From the IMG/VR virus record IMGVR_UViG_3300032235_001020, positions 1-64,000 of that record: 64,000 nt of DNA; one strand, 5' to 3'. The notes below the pieces were generated by a model, which was not told the DNA's origin, did not search any database, and saw only the letters and a program-made list of their open reading frames with translations. Origin of the DNA: a virus. The stretch's first letter is position 1; each line of letters starts with the position of its first letter. Shown piece after piece: positions 28,959-38,633 of this stretch. The translations under genes and the position numbers were made by a program.

Positions 28959-29372
28959 GTGCGTACAGCTGGGACTGCTTTGGGGTATGGCGACCCGGTG
29001 ACGATGACTGAGTTGGTCGCTCGTGCGCCAAGCTTCGATTTGGGTTACCCGAAGATTCCAGGCCGGGATCTCGAGGGGATTCCTAATGCGAATGATCCAG
29101 TCATGAAAGAGAGGCTGCGTCAGCGACTGCTCCGCAATCCAGATGGTGGCCAGGAACTGCCTGGCTTCCTGCAGAAAGCAGAGGCTCCCGGTGGCCTGGG
29201 CCCTGTCGCCATGGACCTGCTCTACGACGGAGCCCAAGATGGCGACTACTCGAATATGCCGGTCATCCGTGACGTGGTGGGCGACGAGAGGGAGCGTGAT
29301 GCGCAACTGGAGGAGTATCGCCTGCGTGCATTTCCTTCTCCCGGTCTGAACGCTCCCTTGCTGTATAGCTGA
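28959..29372 (+). CDS. Hypothetical late protein
   Basis: TAGACT at 28930; first gene of a tightly coupled plus-strand operon. Confidence 0.55.
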   Translation: MRTAGTALGYGDPVTMTELVARAPSFDLGYPKIPGRDLEGIPNANDPVMKERLRQRLLRNPDGGQELPGFLQKAEAPGGLGPVAMDLLYDGAQDGDYSNMPVIRDVVGDERERDAQLEEYRLRAFPSPGLNAPLLYS

Positions 29373-29374
29373 CC

Positions 29375-30295
29375 ATGACAGAACGTAAGGCCGGATCTCA
29401 GCTGATTGGATTCTTCCTGCACGACCCGCTGGGAGAGGAGCTACTGGAGGGAACTGTTGGTGGCTTGATGGCCGGTGCATCGCAGTTGGGTAGCGATCAG
29501 ACACTGGGGCAAACGGCACTGGAGACGGCGACAGCGATTGCAGGCGGCATTGGGCTTGGGATGGCGGGCCGCCGACTGGGTGCCATGGCTGGCAAGCGCC
29601 TGCATAAGGGTCCACTCAAGGAGCAGGATTCGATGGTGGCGAACCTGGCTCGGACCCTGGGGTCGGAGACGACAGCCGGTGGGCTGCGGGACCAGGGCGT
29701 CGTCATGAAGACAGCCGTGCAGGAGGCGCTGGTCAATGAGACCTCAGCCCAGCTGGCGAGGGAGGCGATGAGCAACCCTGCGGAGTTCGCCAAGCGCTAT
29801 GGCATGTCCGCTGAGCAGTTCACGCAACTACTGCCAGTCGTGAAAACGGGGCGAACTGCGGCGGCTGCAGCAGAGGCAATGAAGTCGATGCCACCCGAGC
29901 TGAAGGAGCAGGCTCTCAAGAAGCTGTCCGAGTACGAGGCGGTGGAGAAACTGTTGACCGGCCAGGCCGCAGGAAGTATGGATGAGCTGATCCAGAGCGT
30001 GGCATCGTCTGTGGATCGCCTGCAGAAAGACGTTGATCCCTCTGATCTGGAGGGTCTGCAGGCTGTGCTGAAGGGACGCAACCCGAGTGACGCGATCCGC
30101 TCTCTGCTGAATCCGGCGCCACCAATTACGGGTGAGCATGTGGGCCGGGCTCTGGGCCGCATGATTGGTGACGAGGTGGGCATCCTCGGTGGCCTGGCAG
30201 CGGGATCACTGCTTGCTCAGCAGCTAGGTATCGAGAGCCCGAAGGACCGCAAGATCCGGGAACTCGAGCAGCAAATGCAGGGAGCTGGCCGATGA
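29375..30295 (+). CDS. Ala/Gly-rich helical protein, putative internal virion/ejection protein
   Basis: Glycine-zipper segments (GGIGLGMAG, GILGGLAAG). Confidence 0.6.
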   Translation: MTERKAGSQLIGFFLHDPLGEELLEGTVGGLMAGASQLGSDQTLGQTALETATAIAGGIGLGMAGRRLGAMAGKRLHKGPLKEQDSMVANLARTLGSETTAGGLRDQGVVMKTAVQEALVNETSAQLAREAMSNPAEFAKRYGMSAEQFTQLLPVVKTGRTAAAAAEAMKSMPPELKEQALKKLSEYEAVEKLLTGQAAGSMDELIQSVASSVDRLQKDVDPSDLEGLQAVLKGRNPSDAIRSLLNPAPPITGEHVGRALGRMIGDEVGILGGLAAGSLLAQQLGIESPKDRKIRELEQQMQGAGR

Positions 30296-30627
30296 TGAAG
30301 CGACGAATGGCAGGCGACGATGATGTGCTGCGGCTGCTCAGAAGCGATCTCAGTGGCGGCTTGGATGATTCGGTTGCTAATGAAGATCTAGGCCTGAGCG
30401 ATGAAGACCTTTATCGCGGTCAGTGGGGTGTAGTGAGCGCGGACGAGAAAGAGGAGCTACAGGAGCACCTGGAAGGAAGCGTGTATCCATACCAGCCTTT
30501 GTATCCGGCCGAGCAGGATGCTGTGCAGATGGCCTATGAGGCTGATGTGATTAAACGACTGACGACATTGATGATGCAGTATCCAGGTGAATCGCCAAAT
30601 AGACTGCTAGCACTGGCGCTTCAGTAA
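30292..30627 (+). CDS. Acidic hypothetical protein
   Basis: ATGA coupling. Confidence 0.6.
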   Translation: MMKRRMAGDDDVLRLLRSDLSGGLDDSVANEDLGLSDEDLYRGQWGVVSADEKEELQEHLEGSVYPYQPLYPAEQDAVQMAYEADVIKRLTTLMMQYPGESPNRLLALALQ

Positions 30628-30767
30628 TGGCCAAGCAACGCATGGCTGGCGAGAAAGGCAAGGAGCTAGCCCAGGCCTGCTGGAAGGGCTACGAGGCGAT
30701 CGGCTTCAAGCAGAAGGACGGCAAGAAGGTGCCTAGCTGCGTACCGAAGAAGGAGGGCAACGGCTGA
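30627..30767 (+). CDS. 46-aa CWKGY-motif protein (absent from ORF track)
   Basis: MAKQRMAGEKGKELAQACWKGYEAIGFKQKDGKKVPSCVPKKEGNG; TAATG and TGATG coupling on both sides; CW.GY...G.K.K.GK.VP.CVP motif recalled from cyanophage proteins. Confidence 0.75.
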   Translation: MAKQRMAGEKGKELAQACWKGYEAIGFKQKDGKKVPSCVPKKEGNG

Positions 30768-31207
30768 TGGCTCCCCTGGGCGACTGGGGCTGGACGGGGG
30801 AGGCAGCGGAGCTGGACTGGTACTACCCGCTGGACCCAGGCCGGTACAACTATTCGCTTGCCTACGCCAAGGCCAGGCAGCTGGGGATCGAGCATGAGGC
30901 TGCCGTGCAGTCTGCGCAGCGTCAGGTCTACGGCGCGGTCAGGTCTAAGAACCCTCAGCCGGAGAATGCTGACAATCGGTCCTGGAGCGCTAAGCGGCTG
31001 TATTCCACGCTGCCTGCGTTGGGCGCCGCGCAAGCGGCAGTAGAGGAGCTGGAGGCAGCACCGGTCCCGCAGGCGCAAAGCGGTAGACGTATGGCCATGC
31101 GGTATGAGCTAGCTACCCTGGCCGCACTGGGTGGGGTGTATGCACTTTCTGCATTAAGTCAGCCAAGGGCCGAAGTGGAGCAGGAAAACTATGCGGGGGC
31201 GGTCTGA
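30767..31207 (+). CDS. Hypothetical protein with a C-terminal hydrophobic segment
   Basis: Translationally coupled ORF. Confidence 0.6.
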   Translation: MAPLGDWGWTGEAAELDWYYPLDPGRYNYSLAYAKARQLGIEHEAAVQSAQRQVYGAVRSKNPQPENADNRSWSAKRLYSTLPALGAAQAAVEELEAAPVPQAQSGRRMAMRYELATLAALGGVYALSALSQPRAEVEQENYAGAV

Positions 31208-31494
31208 TGGCTGAGTCAATCCGGTATGCCGGCGAAGTCTTCCAGGGCTACAACAAGCCCAAGCGCACCCCGGGCGACAGCAAGAAGTTTGCGGTCCTGG
31301 TCAAGGATGATGAGGGAGAGAACAAGATCGTCAGGTTTGGTGATCCAAGAATGGAGAACTACCGCAATGGCCCTCGCGGTGAAGGCGGGCACGGCGATGA
31401 AGAGCGCAGGGAGGACTTCAAGCGCCGGCATAACTGCGATGAGAAAACAGACAGGACCACGCCAGGCTGGTGGAGCTGCCAGTGGAGCTGGTGA
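31207..31494 (+). CDS. Conserved phage/large-DNA-virus small basic protein (DUF5754/DUF6321-like)
   Basis: GYNKPKRTP, KKFAV, VRFGD, RR..FK.RHNC, WWSC..W. Confidence 0.7.
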   Translation: MAESIRYAGEVFQGYNKPKRTPGDSKKFAVLVKDDEGENKIVRFGDPRMENYRNGPRGEGGHGDEERREDFKRRHNCDEKTDRTTPGWWSCQWSW

Positions 31495-31554
31495 GCCTAG
31501 AGATCCTGGCTCTAGTGGGCTTCTTAAGATAGGCAGAGTGCAATAAGTCCTGCA

Positions 31555-32982
31555 GTGCCTGGTCGGGAAGAAGCGCTAGATCGTGCTCGTCGCGTGCGCT
31601 CAGTGGACATCATGGGGTTGGCTGGTGAGTTCGTCGAGCCATACGGCCTCGATGTGCAGCCTCCCCTGGAGAACGCACCATTTCCGTTGCACGATGCAGG
31701 GCATCGCCGTGGCAATATTCCGGCCACTATTTACGGAGAGCTGCTTCAGAATGTTCACGACCATGCAGCTTTTGACAAGCTCTATGGTTCCGGAGCAATT
31801 CATGGGAGCCCGCCAAGCTACAGGGAAGGCGTGTCAGGTGAAGCTGGTGACGCTAGGCCGAGTTCATTTGTGAACTACGGGGGGATGGAGGACAAGAATC
31901 ACTTCGATCAGCGCAGAGATCGCGCCGTCAGGATGGGAGCGACACCGGATGACTTCGAGGCTGGAGGTGAATATGGATGGGATGCAGCCGTTGCTCAGAA
32001 GATAACGGCTCAGCAAGCGGATCTCAGCAGGCTGATGAAGGTTGCGGAGGATCGATTCAGTAAGGGTGACTATACCTTCTTTCAAGGAGCTGGTGGGTAC
32101 GACCCTGCGCAAGGGTTCATGCCATCTGTCGACCTGCGGAATACAAGAGAAGTGTCGCCAGAGGATGTCAATACTGCCAGGACTAGAGGCGAAGACTTTG
32201 CGACTGCCTTGCGCAAGGGCTACGACGATGCGGTAGCCAATGGTGAGTATCGCCCGCAGCGTGGCGTGACCGATGGGATGATTCATGCTGCCGACCTATC
32301 GGATGCGGCCATGCAGGGCCAAGTCAACGTGGGTCGCGGATGGGCCGACGAGGGCTTCTTCCCATACAAGGACAGGGTGGGTGCGCTGTCGAATCCTCCA
32401 GCTCGGATTGCCCCGCGAGTCCTGGAATCGCCCGCTGCCCTGCGACAAGTGCTGGATCAAGCGGCTGAGGCCAGAAGTGCACGCGACTTGAGCCGGTTGA
32501 CTGGCGCGGTCCGAACCGGGGCTACTGCCACGACAGATATCGCCGGATCCGTCCCATTGTTTGACCCGGAATTTCGCAATGCCGTTGAGACTGGAAACGT
32601 CCGCAAGGCGGGAGAGCAGGTAGCTAAGGAATACCTGGCTGGGACCCTTGCAGCCCCTCTAGTGGGTCTGGGAGCAGGGACCCTGCAGCGCATGGCACCT
32701 CAGGTCGCGTCGAAAGCTCTGCCCATTGCCGCTGGAGCTGTGCGTACCGCCAACCCCGTAGCGGTCGTCTCTCAGCTGGGTGGCAGTAGCAAGCCGTCGC
32801 GCCGTCAGGTTGCTGTTGAGCGCAATCAAGATCCCGCCGCCTTCGGCGCCCAGGGTCCAAGCGCGGACCCCCAGCTGCTCAGGGCAGAGGCGGCACGTCG
32901 GCGTGGCGGTCGTTGGAAGATTGGCGGCTTTACTGTGCCTGATCTTGGGATCAGCGAAGCCGGGGGACTGCTCTTCCGTTAA
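31555..32982 (+). CDS. Hypothetical large protein, possibly virion-internal
   Basis: 475-aa ORF with TAAGAT 30 nt upstream. Confidence 0.6.
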   Translation: MPGREEALDRARRVRSVDIMGLAGEFVEPYGLDVQPPLENAPFPLHDAGHRRGNIPATIYGELLQNVHDHAAFDKLYGSGAIHGSPPSYREGVSGEAGDARPSSFVNYGGMEDKNHFDQRRDRAVRMGATPDDFEAGGEYGWDAAVAQKITAQQADLSRLMKVAEDRFSKGDYTFFQGAGGYDPAQGFMPSVDLRNTREVSPEDVNTARTRGEDFATALRKGYDDAVANGEYRPQRGVTDGMIHAADLSDAAMQGQVNVGRGWADEGFFPYKDRVGALSNPPARIAPRVLESPAALRQVLDQAAEARSARDLSRLTGAVRTGATATTDIAGSVPLFDPEFRNAVETGNVRKAGEQVAKEYLAGTLAAPLVGLGAGTLQRMAPQVASKALPIAAGAVRTANPVAVVSQLGGSSKPSRRQVAVERNQDPAAFGAQGPSADPQLLRAEAARRRGGRWKIGGFTVPDLGISEAGGLLFR

Positions 32983-33296
32983 CCCGCCTGGCCGCGGAAC
33001 CACTTCTGCTTACTACTGAACCACTTCGCGAGAGTGGTGGGATCCTGGGGTCCAACCAGGTGATCGCTGGGGTCCGGTTCGCCCAGGTCGAGGGCCTGGC
33101 AAAAGGCATCGAGGCTGCCCTCCTGGACGTCGCCTTGGATGGCAGAGCGGCGTGCCTTGCGCAGCCAGCTGTCGACAGTGGGATTCAGGGAAGCCAGCTT
33201 CTGCAGCCAGGTCATGTCGCTGAGTTCGACTGCGGCTCCCTTGGCAATTCGATCGCAGATGAATTCAACGCGCAGCCTGGTTTGTGTCGACAGCAT
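32979..33296 (-). CDS. Conserved cyanophage hypothetical protein
   Basis: MLSTQ.RLR.E.IC..I..G..V.L.DM.W..KLA, LD.F...LDLG.PDP. Confidence 0.7.
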   Translation of the reverse strand: MLSTQTRLRVEFICDRIAKGAAVELSDMTWLQKLASLNPTVDSWLRKARRSAIQGDVQEGSLDAFCQALDLGEPDPSDHLVGPQDPTTLAKWFSSKQKWFRGQAG

Positions 33297-33346
33297 CCAA
33301 ATGCTGCATGTCTACGAAGTCTAGGAATTCCCTACCTGGAAACCCG

Positions 33347-34135
33347 TCAGGCGGGCTGAAGGATCTTGCAGTCGCCAGCCATGGACTCCTGCTGTTCACG
33401 CTCAAGCTTTTCCTGTTCGATCAGCTCGTAGTACTTGCGGACCTTCTGCAGCCACTTGATGCGGTAGTGCACCAGGTCGTCGCCGTGCAGGTAGAAGGAC
33501 TGATCAATCTCAGGCGTGGAGACCAGGATCTGAGCGCAGTCGATCTTGAGATCCAGGGTTTCCTTGCAGGCCAGGGCGTAGGCCGCTAGCTGCACGGAGC
33601 ACTTGTTGAACTTGTTCCAGCCGGTGAAATTACTGCGGTCCTTGTCCTTGGGGTAGAAGCGACAGTACGGCTGGTTGCTGGTTTTGAAGTCAGCCAGGAT
33701 CGTGACTCCATTGCGTACGCCGACCAGGTCCGGGCAGCCGGCATAGCCATGCTCATGCGACCAGATGCGGTGGATGCCATCGTCGCCAGAGCAGAACTTC
33801 CACTCTGGGCGCAGAGGCTTTTCACTCCAGAGGAAGTAGTCGTATTTGTCGAGATGCTTGGCCAGACCGTCCCAGAACGGGCGGTATTCATCGGGGATCT
33901 CGGTGGGTAGGCCGCGGATGTAACGCTCACAGGCGTAGTGGACGGCAGTGCCCCGAGCAGCGGCTGCTTCCTTGCCGCCAGGGTTCTTGAGGCCCCAGTT
34001 GTAGAGGGCCTTCTTGCTGTGCTCAGATGCTGTCTTGCCGAGGATGGCGGTGACCGAGGCGTAGGCCTTGTTGGGATCGTCACCGGACCTGTAGAAGCGA
34101 GTGCCGTCTACCTCAAAACGTGTAGCGACACCCAC
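33347..34135 (-). CDS. PD-(D/E)XK exonuclease (Cas4/lambda-exo-like)
   Basis: Y.SVT.IL, RGT.VH, YAG..D, ADFKTS, QLAAY. Confidence 0.88.
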   Translation of the reverse strand: MGVATRFEVDGTRFYRSGDDPNKAYASVTAILGKTASEHSKKALYNWGLKNPGGKEAAAARGTAVHYACERYIRGLPTEIPDEYRPFWDGLAKHLDKYDYFLWSEKPLRPEWKFCSGDDGIHRIWSHEHGYAGCPDLVGVRNGVTILADFKTSNQPYCRFYPKDKDRSNFTGWNKFNKCSVQLAAYALACKETLDLKIDCAQILVSTPEIDQSFYLHGDDLVHYRIKWLQKVRKYYELIEQEKLEREQQESMAGDCKILQPA

Positions 34136-34182
34136 TCACCAGCATGCTGCTGTATGTAATGTAACGAGTTGCTACGTGATGT

Positions 34183-34449
34183 CTATTTGGCGCTCTCGTC
34201 TGGGCAGTCAGACGCGGCCCCAGGGACGCCCTTGGTATCGCTCAAGTGGGCAATGGCCTGCACCGTGACGATGGGCGAGGGTCCGTAGCCGACGTTGACC
34301 TTCCATCGGCAGCCATCGGCATCCACCAGGCTGGTCATGCCGGCGTTGTCCCTGGCAATGATGAATAGGGCCGTCTTGGTGTCTTGATAAACAATATGCG
34401 CATCTTGCATAGCCCGCCAGTAGCGGTAGATCTCGAGCGGGCTACTCAT
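34183..34449 (-). CDS. Hypothetical protein
   Basis: Overlapping operon ORF. Confidence 0.5.
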   Translation of the reverse strand: MSSPLEIYRYWRAMQDAHIVYQDTKTALFIIARDNAGMTSLVDADGCRWKVNVGYGPSPIVTVQAIAHLSDTKGVPGAASDCPDESAK

Positions 34450-34744
34450 GGCCAAAGACCTCGAGGCAGAGGGCACGCGCCTCGGGTGTGAGCGCGCCGC
34501 AAGGAGAGGGCTGGCCGAGGGAGTTTTGCTGAAGCAGCATCTGTGCAGCTTCCTGGAGCTTGGGCAGCTCTTCTGGATCGAGCAGGACGTGGCCCTCGGT
34601 GCCATGGGAGTCCTGCTTGACGGAGACGAAGAAGCCGCCGCCCATGTCGTCGAGCGAGACAACCGTGGCTTCCGGTGTGACCAGAGGGTTGTCGCCCAGG
34701 CGGTGGATCGTGACCTGGGTGATGGTGCAGACGTAGTCGCTCAT
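34442..34744 (-). CDS. Hypothetical phage protein
   Basis: T.VSLDD.GGG.F..V.Q...LDPEE motif; ATGA coupling. Confidence 0.6.
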   Translation of the reverse strand: MSDYVCTITQVTIHRLGDNPLVTPEATVVSLDDMGGGFFVSVKQDSHGTEGHVLLDPEELPKLQEAAQMLLQQNSLGQPSPCGALTPEARALCLEVFGHE

Positions 34745-35178
34745 GACTCTTCGCTGGGGGTGTCGCCCTGGTTCCAGGGGTCGTTGATCAGTTCGGTTTG
34801 CTCTTCGAGGTAGTCGTAACTGCCTTGCTGGGAGCGATAGGCCGAGAGTTCGTCGAGTAGCTGGCGGGCAAGCAGGGTGCCGCCCTTGATCAGTTCGTTG
34901 ATGTCTGAGGCGCCCATGTCCATGCGCTGCGCCAGGAGCGGGCCCATCAGCGCCAGGTAGGCCAGGGTCATCTGGTCGCACTGGTAAGCGGAGAAGGACG
35001 CACCGCCAGAGGTGAAGCCATTGACCAGATAGGTCAGATTCTCCAGCTGATCTGTGTGCATCCGCTGACCTTCCAGCACCTTGATCAGCAGCCGATTGGT
35101 CGTCTGCAGCTCGGCCAGCAGGAGCTTGCTGGTGTCAAAGAGGGTCAGATTCTCCGAAGTCGGAGGCAGTGAGGTCAT
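34741..35178 (-). CDS. Hypothetical helical protein
   Basis: In-operon ORF. Confidence 0.55.
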   Translation of the reverse strand: MTSLPPTSENLTLFDTSKLLLAELQTTNRLLIKVLEGQRMHTDQLENLTYLVNGFTSGGASFSAYQCDQMTLAYLALMGPLLAQRMDMGASDINELIKGGTLLARQLLDELSAYRSQQGSYDYLEEQTELINDPWNQGDTPSEES

Positions 35179-35619
35179 GAAAGATGTCTCCTTGGAGGGC
35201 GCGAGCCAGCAGCAGGGAGCAGCGCTGGATGTAGGGCACATGAGGCCAGGCCTCGTGAATGTCCTGGGCCTCATGGCGCTGCTGGACCGCGGCGACATCC
35301 CTGCTGTTGCGAGCCGCGCAGAGCTCCTCGAGGATCTGAGGGTCAGGCGCGGACGACAAGGATCGCTGGCTGGGGCTTGGAATCAATGTATCGGTAGTCG
35401 CTCAGCACGCCAAGGCTTGCAAGGTGAGCCAATGCAGATCGTTGCACGGACTCAGGTATGTCGGGCAGGGGCGCGAGCAAAAAGAGATCGCCGGACTCCG
35501 ATTGCGCGAACGGCATCGTTCTGTTCATAGCCCGCTGGTAGTGGTCAGCAGCTGAGAGAAGGGCGCAGTCAGCAGTAGCGGGCATCGTTAGCGTAAGAGG
35601 ACAGCGTGTGAGCCCCGGC

Positions 35620-35904
35620 ATGAGCAATGCACACCCGGAGCGTGGGATAGACGACGGCCTTGAGCCCACCGTTGGGGAACAGCTACGGCTCGCGCAATTT
35701 GTAAATGCGCTGGACCGAGCAAATGAGCAGGAGCTGAGGGAAATTGCCAAGCAAATGGCTCAGCAGGTGATGGTCACCTACCCTTCAGCGTTGCGCTTCC
35801 TGGCGCGGGAAGCGGCTAGGAACCTATCGGGGCAGCAGTGGTCGCCAGAGTCTTCAGAGAAGCTGCTGGCGGCGCTGAGCGGCCCGGTTAAGGGGCCTCA
35901 ATAG
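35620..35904 (+). CDS. Divergent NblA-like two-helix protein
   Basis: PTVGEQLRLAQFVNALDRANEQELREIAKQM resembles phage NblA; TAGCGT 31 nt upstream. Confidence 0.4.
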   Translation: MSNAHPERGIDDGLEPTVGEQLRLAQFVNALDRANEQELREIAKQMAQQVMVTYPSALRFLAREAARNLSGQQWSPESSEKLLAALSGPVKGPQ

Positions 35905-36056
35905 TACCGGTGCATTGGCACTTTTGTGGCATTCCGGCAGGAGCTGGAAAGTCTATGCAGAAAGTGCAAGAGCCCTGCTGCGTGCTAGAGGCAGCAGGGC
36001 TAGATGCGTAGCTGATCTGCAGCATGGTGCTGCAAATGAGCACTGTGTATCGGTAG

Positions 36057-36758
36057 TTACCAGCCCGCGGGCATGGCTTCTGCAGACACGGTGGCTACCT
36101 CGTGGTCGGCGCCCAGTTGATCGCGGTGCGTGGGAGGTAGGCCTTCAGGTCGGCCAGCATTGGGCTTGCCGGCGAAGGGGTCGCCGTTGACGTAGAGGGC
36201 AGGCAGCCAGATGGAATCAGCGACTTCGCTCCAGCGCTTCTCGTCGGCCTTGGTGGGCACCTTGAGGGTGGGGGTCAAGGTGTAGGCCGTGTTCATCTCA
36301 GTGCCCTTGCGCTTGAGGGTGAGATAGAAGTTGGCCACGCCGGAGGGCAGGATCTGGTAGTCCTCGAGGTTCAGGACCTCTTCAAGCTGCTCGCGCAGGT
36401 CCTTGCGCTGGAACGTGTAGATCAGGTAGTCGTCGTCTTCTTTGGACAGTCCGACGAAGGACAGGAAGTAGCGGGGCTTGTCCTTTTCGCCAGTGCCATT
36501 GGTCTTGCCGGCCCAGGTCAGACCGATCTCTTCGGCGAAGTTCTCGGGGTATTTGGGGAACTTGCGGGGCTGGCCGTCCATCGTGAAGTAGGACCAGCCG
36601 GCAATCACGTGGCCGGTGTCGTGCAGGCCGCAGAGTCGGAAGGTGGTGGACTCGCCATCCTTGAGGCGCTGGCCTGGATCGAAGTAGCGGGTGCGCTTGG
36701 TGCCGGCGGTGTCAGTTGCGCCGGAAGTCGGGCGGTAGTCAGACGGTAGGAATCCCAT
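36057..36758 (-). CDS. Phage ssDNA-binding protein (gp32-like, tentative)
   Basis: MGFLP..Y, L.DGE...FR, GW.YF, KRKG....T.Y.L.P, LPALY.NGDPF. Confidence 0.55.
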   Translation of the reverse strand: MGFLPSDYRPTSGATDTAGTKRTRYFDPGQRLKDGESTTFRLCGLHDTGHVIAGWSYFTMDGQPRKFPKYPENFAEEIGLTWAGKTNGTGEKDKPRYFLSFVGLSKEDDDYLIYTFQRKDLREQLEEVLNLEDYQILPSGVANFYLTLKRKGTEMNTAYTLTPTLKVPTKADEKRWSEVADSIWLPALYVNGDPFAGKPNAGRPEGLPPTHRDQLGADHEVATVSAEAMPAGW

Positions 36759-36776
36759 GGTTATGTCAGTAGGTGG

Positions 36777-37439
36777 TTAGTTGTTCCAGTCGCAGGGCAT
36801 GTTGTCGGCGGTGTTAACAAAGTCCTCGTGGTCGTATCCCACGGCCTTGGTGCCAGCGGCGGGGTTGCTCGTGCCCTTGTTCCCGCGCCCGCGTTCAAAG
36901 GCGCGGATCGAGCGGCCTTTGACTTCGCTGTAGGGCTTCCCCTCGCGATTAGTACGTAGATCGAGGGTGCCCTCGACCATGGCCAAGGTGCCGACGGGCA
37001 AGGAGATCAGCCGGTCCATGACGTAGCCGTAGCCACGCAGGGTGAACCAGTCGGTTACCTCTTCGCCATTGACCATGCGGTTGATGGCCAGCGAGCGAGA
37101 TGCGGATTTGTTGGACTCAGCGACCCGTGCTTCTTTGGCCAGGCGGCCGGTGACCGTCACCTGGTTGATGTAGGCGTCGGGGGAGACATCGCAGAGGGTG
37201 TGAATGAACACAACCGTCTGACTGTCTTCGAGAAGAAGGTCGCCAGCGATGATCAGGGTCTGGCCTGCGGTCTTGGTCTTCAGGGCCTCGGCTGTCTTAC
37301 TGCCTGATGCGCAACGCAATAGAACAGGAACCTGGTCCTTGCCGTTGGTTGCGGCAAAGACTTCCAGGACCTGCTTGCCGTGCGCGACGGTTTCGGCAGG
37401 TTGCGCCGCCAAGGCCACAACAAGAGTTGCGGTGCTCAC
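36777..37439 (-). CDS. ssb: Single-stranded DNA-binding protein with tandem OB folds
   Basis: INQV.V.GRL.KE, SLAINR, TDWF.L..YG, G....VEG.L. Confidence 0.8.
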   Translation of the reverse strand: MSTATLVVALAAQPAETVAHGKQVLEVFAATNGKDQVPVLLRCASGSKTAEALKTKTAGQTLIIAGDLLLEDSQTVVFIHTLCDVSPDAYINQVTVTGRLAKEARVAESNKSASRSLAINRMVNGEEVTDWFTLRGYGYVMDRLISLPVGTLAMVEGTLDLRTNREGKPYSEVKGRSIRAFERGRGNKGTSNPAAGTKAVGYDHEDFVNTADNMPCDWNN

Positions 37440-37497
37440 GGAATTCGAGAAGGCGCAAGCCAGGCTAACCGGATTGCAAGATCTGGCAAGCAGCTTG

Positions 37498-38103
37498 TCA
37501 GCCGAAGTGCTGGATCCAGTCGGGCAGGGCTGGGATCGGCTCGGCGGTCTGGGGCATGACCAGGATGATCAGCTCGATGGTCTCGCCCTGCAGCCGCAAC
37601 GGACCGCCGTCGAAGGCCGAGAGCACCAGCGAGTCAGCGAGCAGTCCGGCCGCCTTGATGGCGCGCTCGAGGTAGGCGACCCGGTACCGGCCAGCGGTTT
37701 CGCTGAGCGTGGGGGTGGCACTCCATCGCTGCACGCAGGCCGCCAGAGCGCTGTCGATGTCCGGGAAGGGGGTGATGCTGTGCTGGAGCGGCAGCTGTTT
37801 GCCGTTGTTGCTGCTGGTCTTGTAGTAGGTGGTGACCGTGGCCGTCTCGCCGTCGATCACGAGACCGCGCTCGGCAGTCTTGATGCCACTGCTGGCCTTG
37901 AGTAGCTCTGGGCTGGGGATGATGGTGATGGACTCATCGGCTGTGCCCTTGCGGTCAAAGCCAATGGCCGTCACCTTGCCCTGATCACTGGCAGCTAGGA
38001 GCACCCCGCCGCAGTGAGGGCGGATGTGCACCGACTGGTAGGGCGCGTAAGGCCCCGTGAAGGAACCCACGGCAGCCAGGAGGGCGGAGTTGAACTGCAG
38101 CAC
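37498..38103 (-). CDS. DNA polymerase III beta-clamp-like protein
   Basis: V.I.P..GGV.L.ASD.G, FPD, C-terminal LVMP. Confidence 0.55.
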   Translation of the reverse strand: MLQFNSALLAAVGSFTGPYAPYQSVHIRPHCGGVLLAASDQGKVTAIGFDRKGTADESITIIPSPELLKASSGIKTAERGLVIDGETATVTTYYKTSSNNGKQLPLQHSITPFPDIDSALAACVQRWSATPTLSETAGRYRVAYLERAIKAAGLLADSLVLSAFDGGPLRLQGETIELIILVMPQTAEPIPALPDWIQHFG

Positions 38104-38107
38104 GAGC

Positions 38108-38305
38108 TCAGGCCTGAGTTGCCAGCTGGACGACGCCCTGGAGCTGGGCGGTCCGAGGCGCCCACTGCCAGCGGTAGGAGAGCTGGTTCTTCTGCATCAG
38201 GGCATTGGCCGGCTCCAGCTCGCCCAGGCCGAGCATGGGTTGCCAGGCCGGATCGAGGGGCTGGTTGGTGCGGATGTCGACCATCAGGGCGCGGCGTCGC
38301 TCCAT
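38108..38305 (-). CDS. Hypothetical protein
   Basis: TAGCCT 30 nt upstream. Confidence 0.5.
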   Translation of the reverse strand: MERRRALMVDIRTNQPLDPAWQPMLGLGELEPANALMQKNQLSYRWQWAPRTAQLQGVVQLATQA

Positions 38306-38385
38306 CGGGGAGTCTTGTGTCGGCCCTTCAGGCTAAGGAGGGTTGCAAGCCCCTTCATCATTTCGCACGATTTGTCTTACGTAGC

Positions 38386-38631
38386 ATGGAGCTGGCCGCT
38401 TGGCTGAGGCAGATGGACCGGGGCGACGAAGAGCTGCTGAACCGTGCCTACGCGCGGCGGCATGAGCTGCTGGCTCAGCCGGAGACCAAGTGGGTGCGCA
38501 TGACGCTGGAAGCGCGCGGCGTCACGTTTGTGCTGGAAGAGCGCACTGGTGTTGAGCGCATCGAGTGGATGCCCAGGCAGCAGGAGCCGGCAGATGGGGG
38601 CAGCGGCAATGGTGCCTACGACCGGGAGTAA
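38386..38631 (+). CDS. Hypothetical protein
   Basis: First gene of a three-gene plus-strand island. Confidence 0.5.
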   Translation: MELAAWLRQMDRGDEELLNRAYARRHELLAQPETKWVRMTLEARGVTFVLEERTGVERIEWMPRQQEPADGGSGNGAYDRE

Positions 38632-38633
38632 CG

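Noticed and set aside
35905-36055. tRNA gene (cloverleaf)
   Set aside because: About 150 nt with no TTC T-loop, D-loop GG or CCA; no tRNA was recognised anywhere in the window
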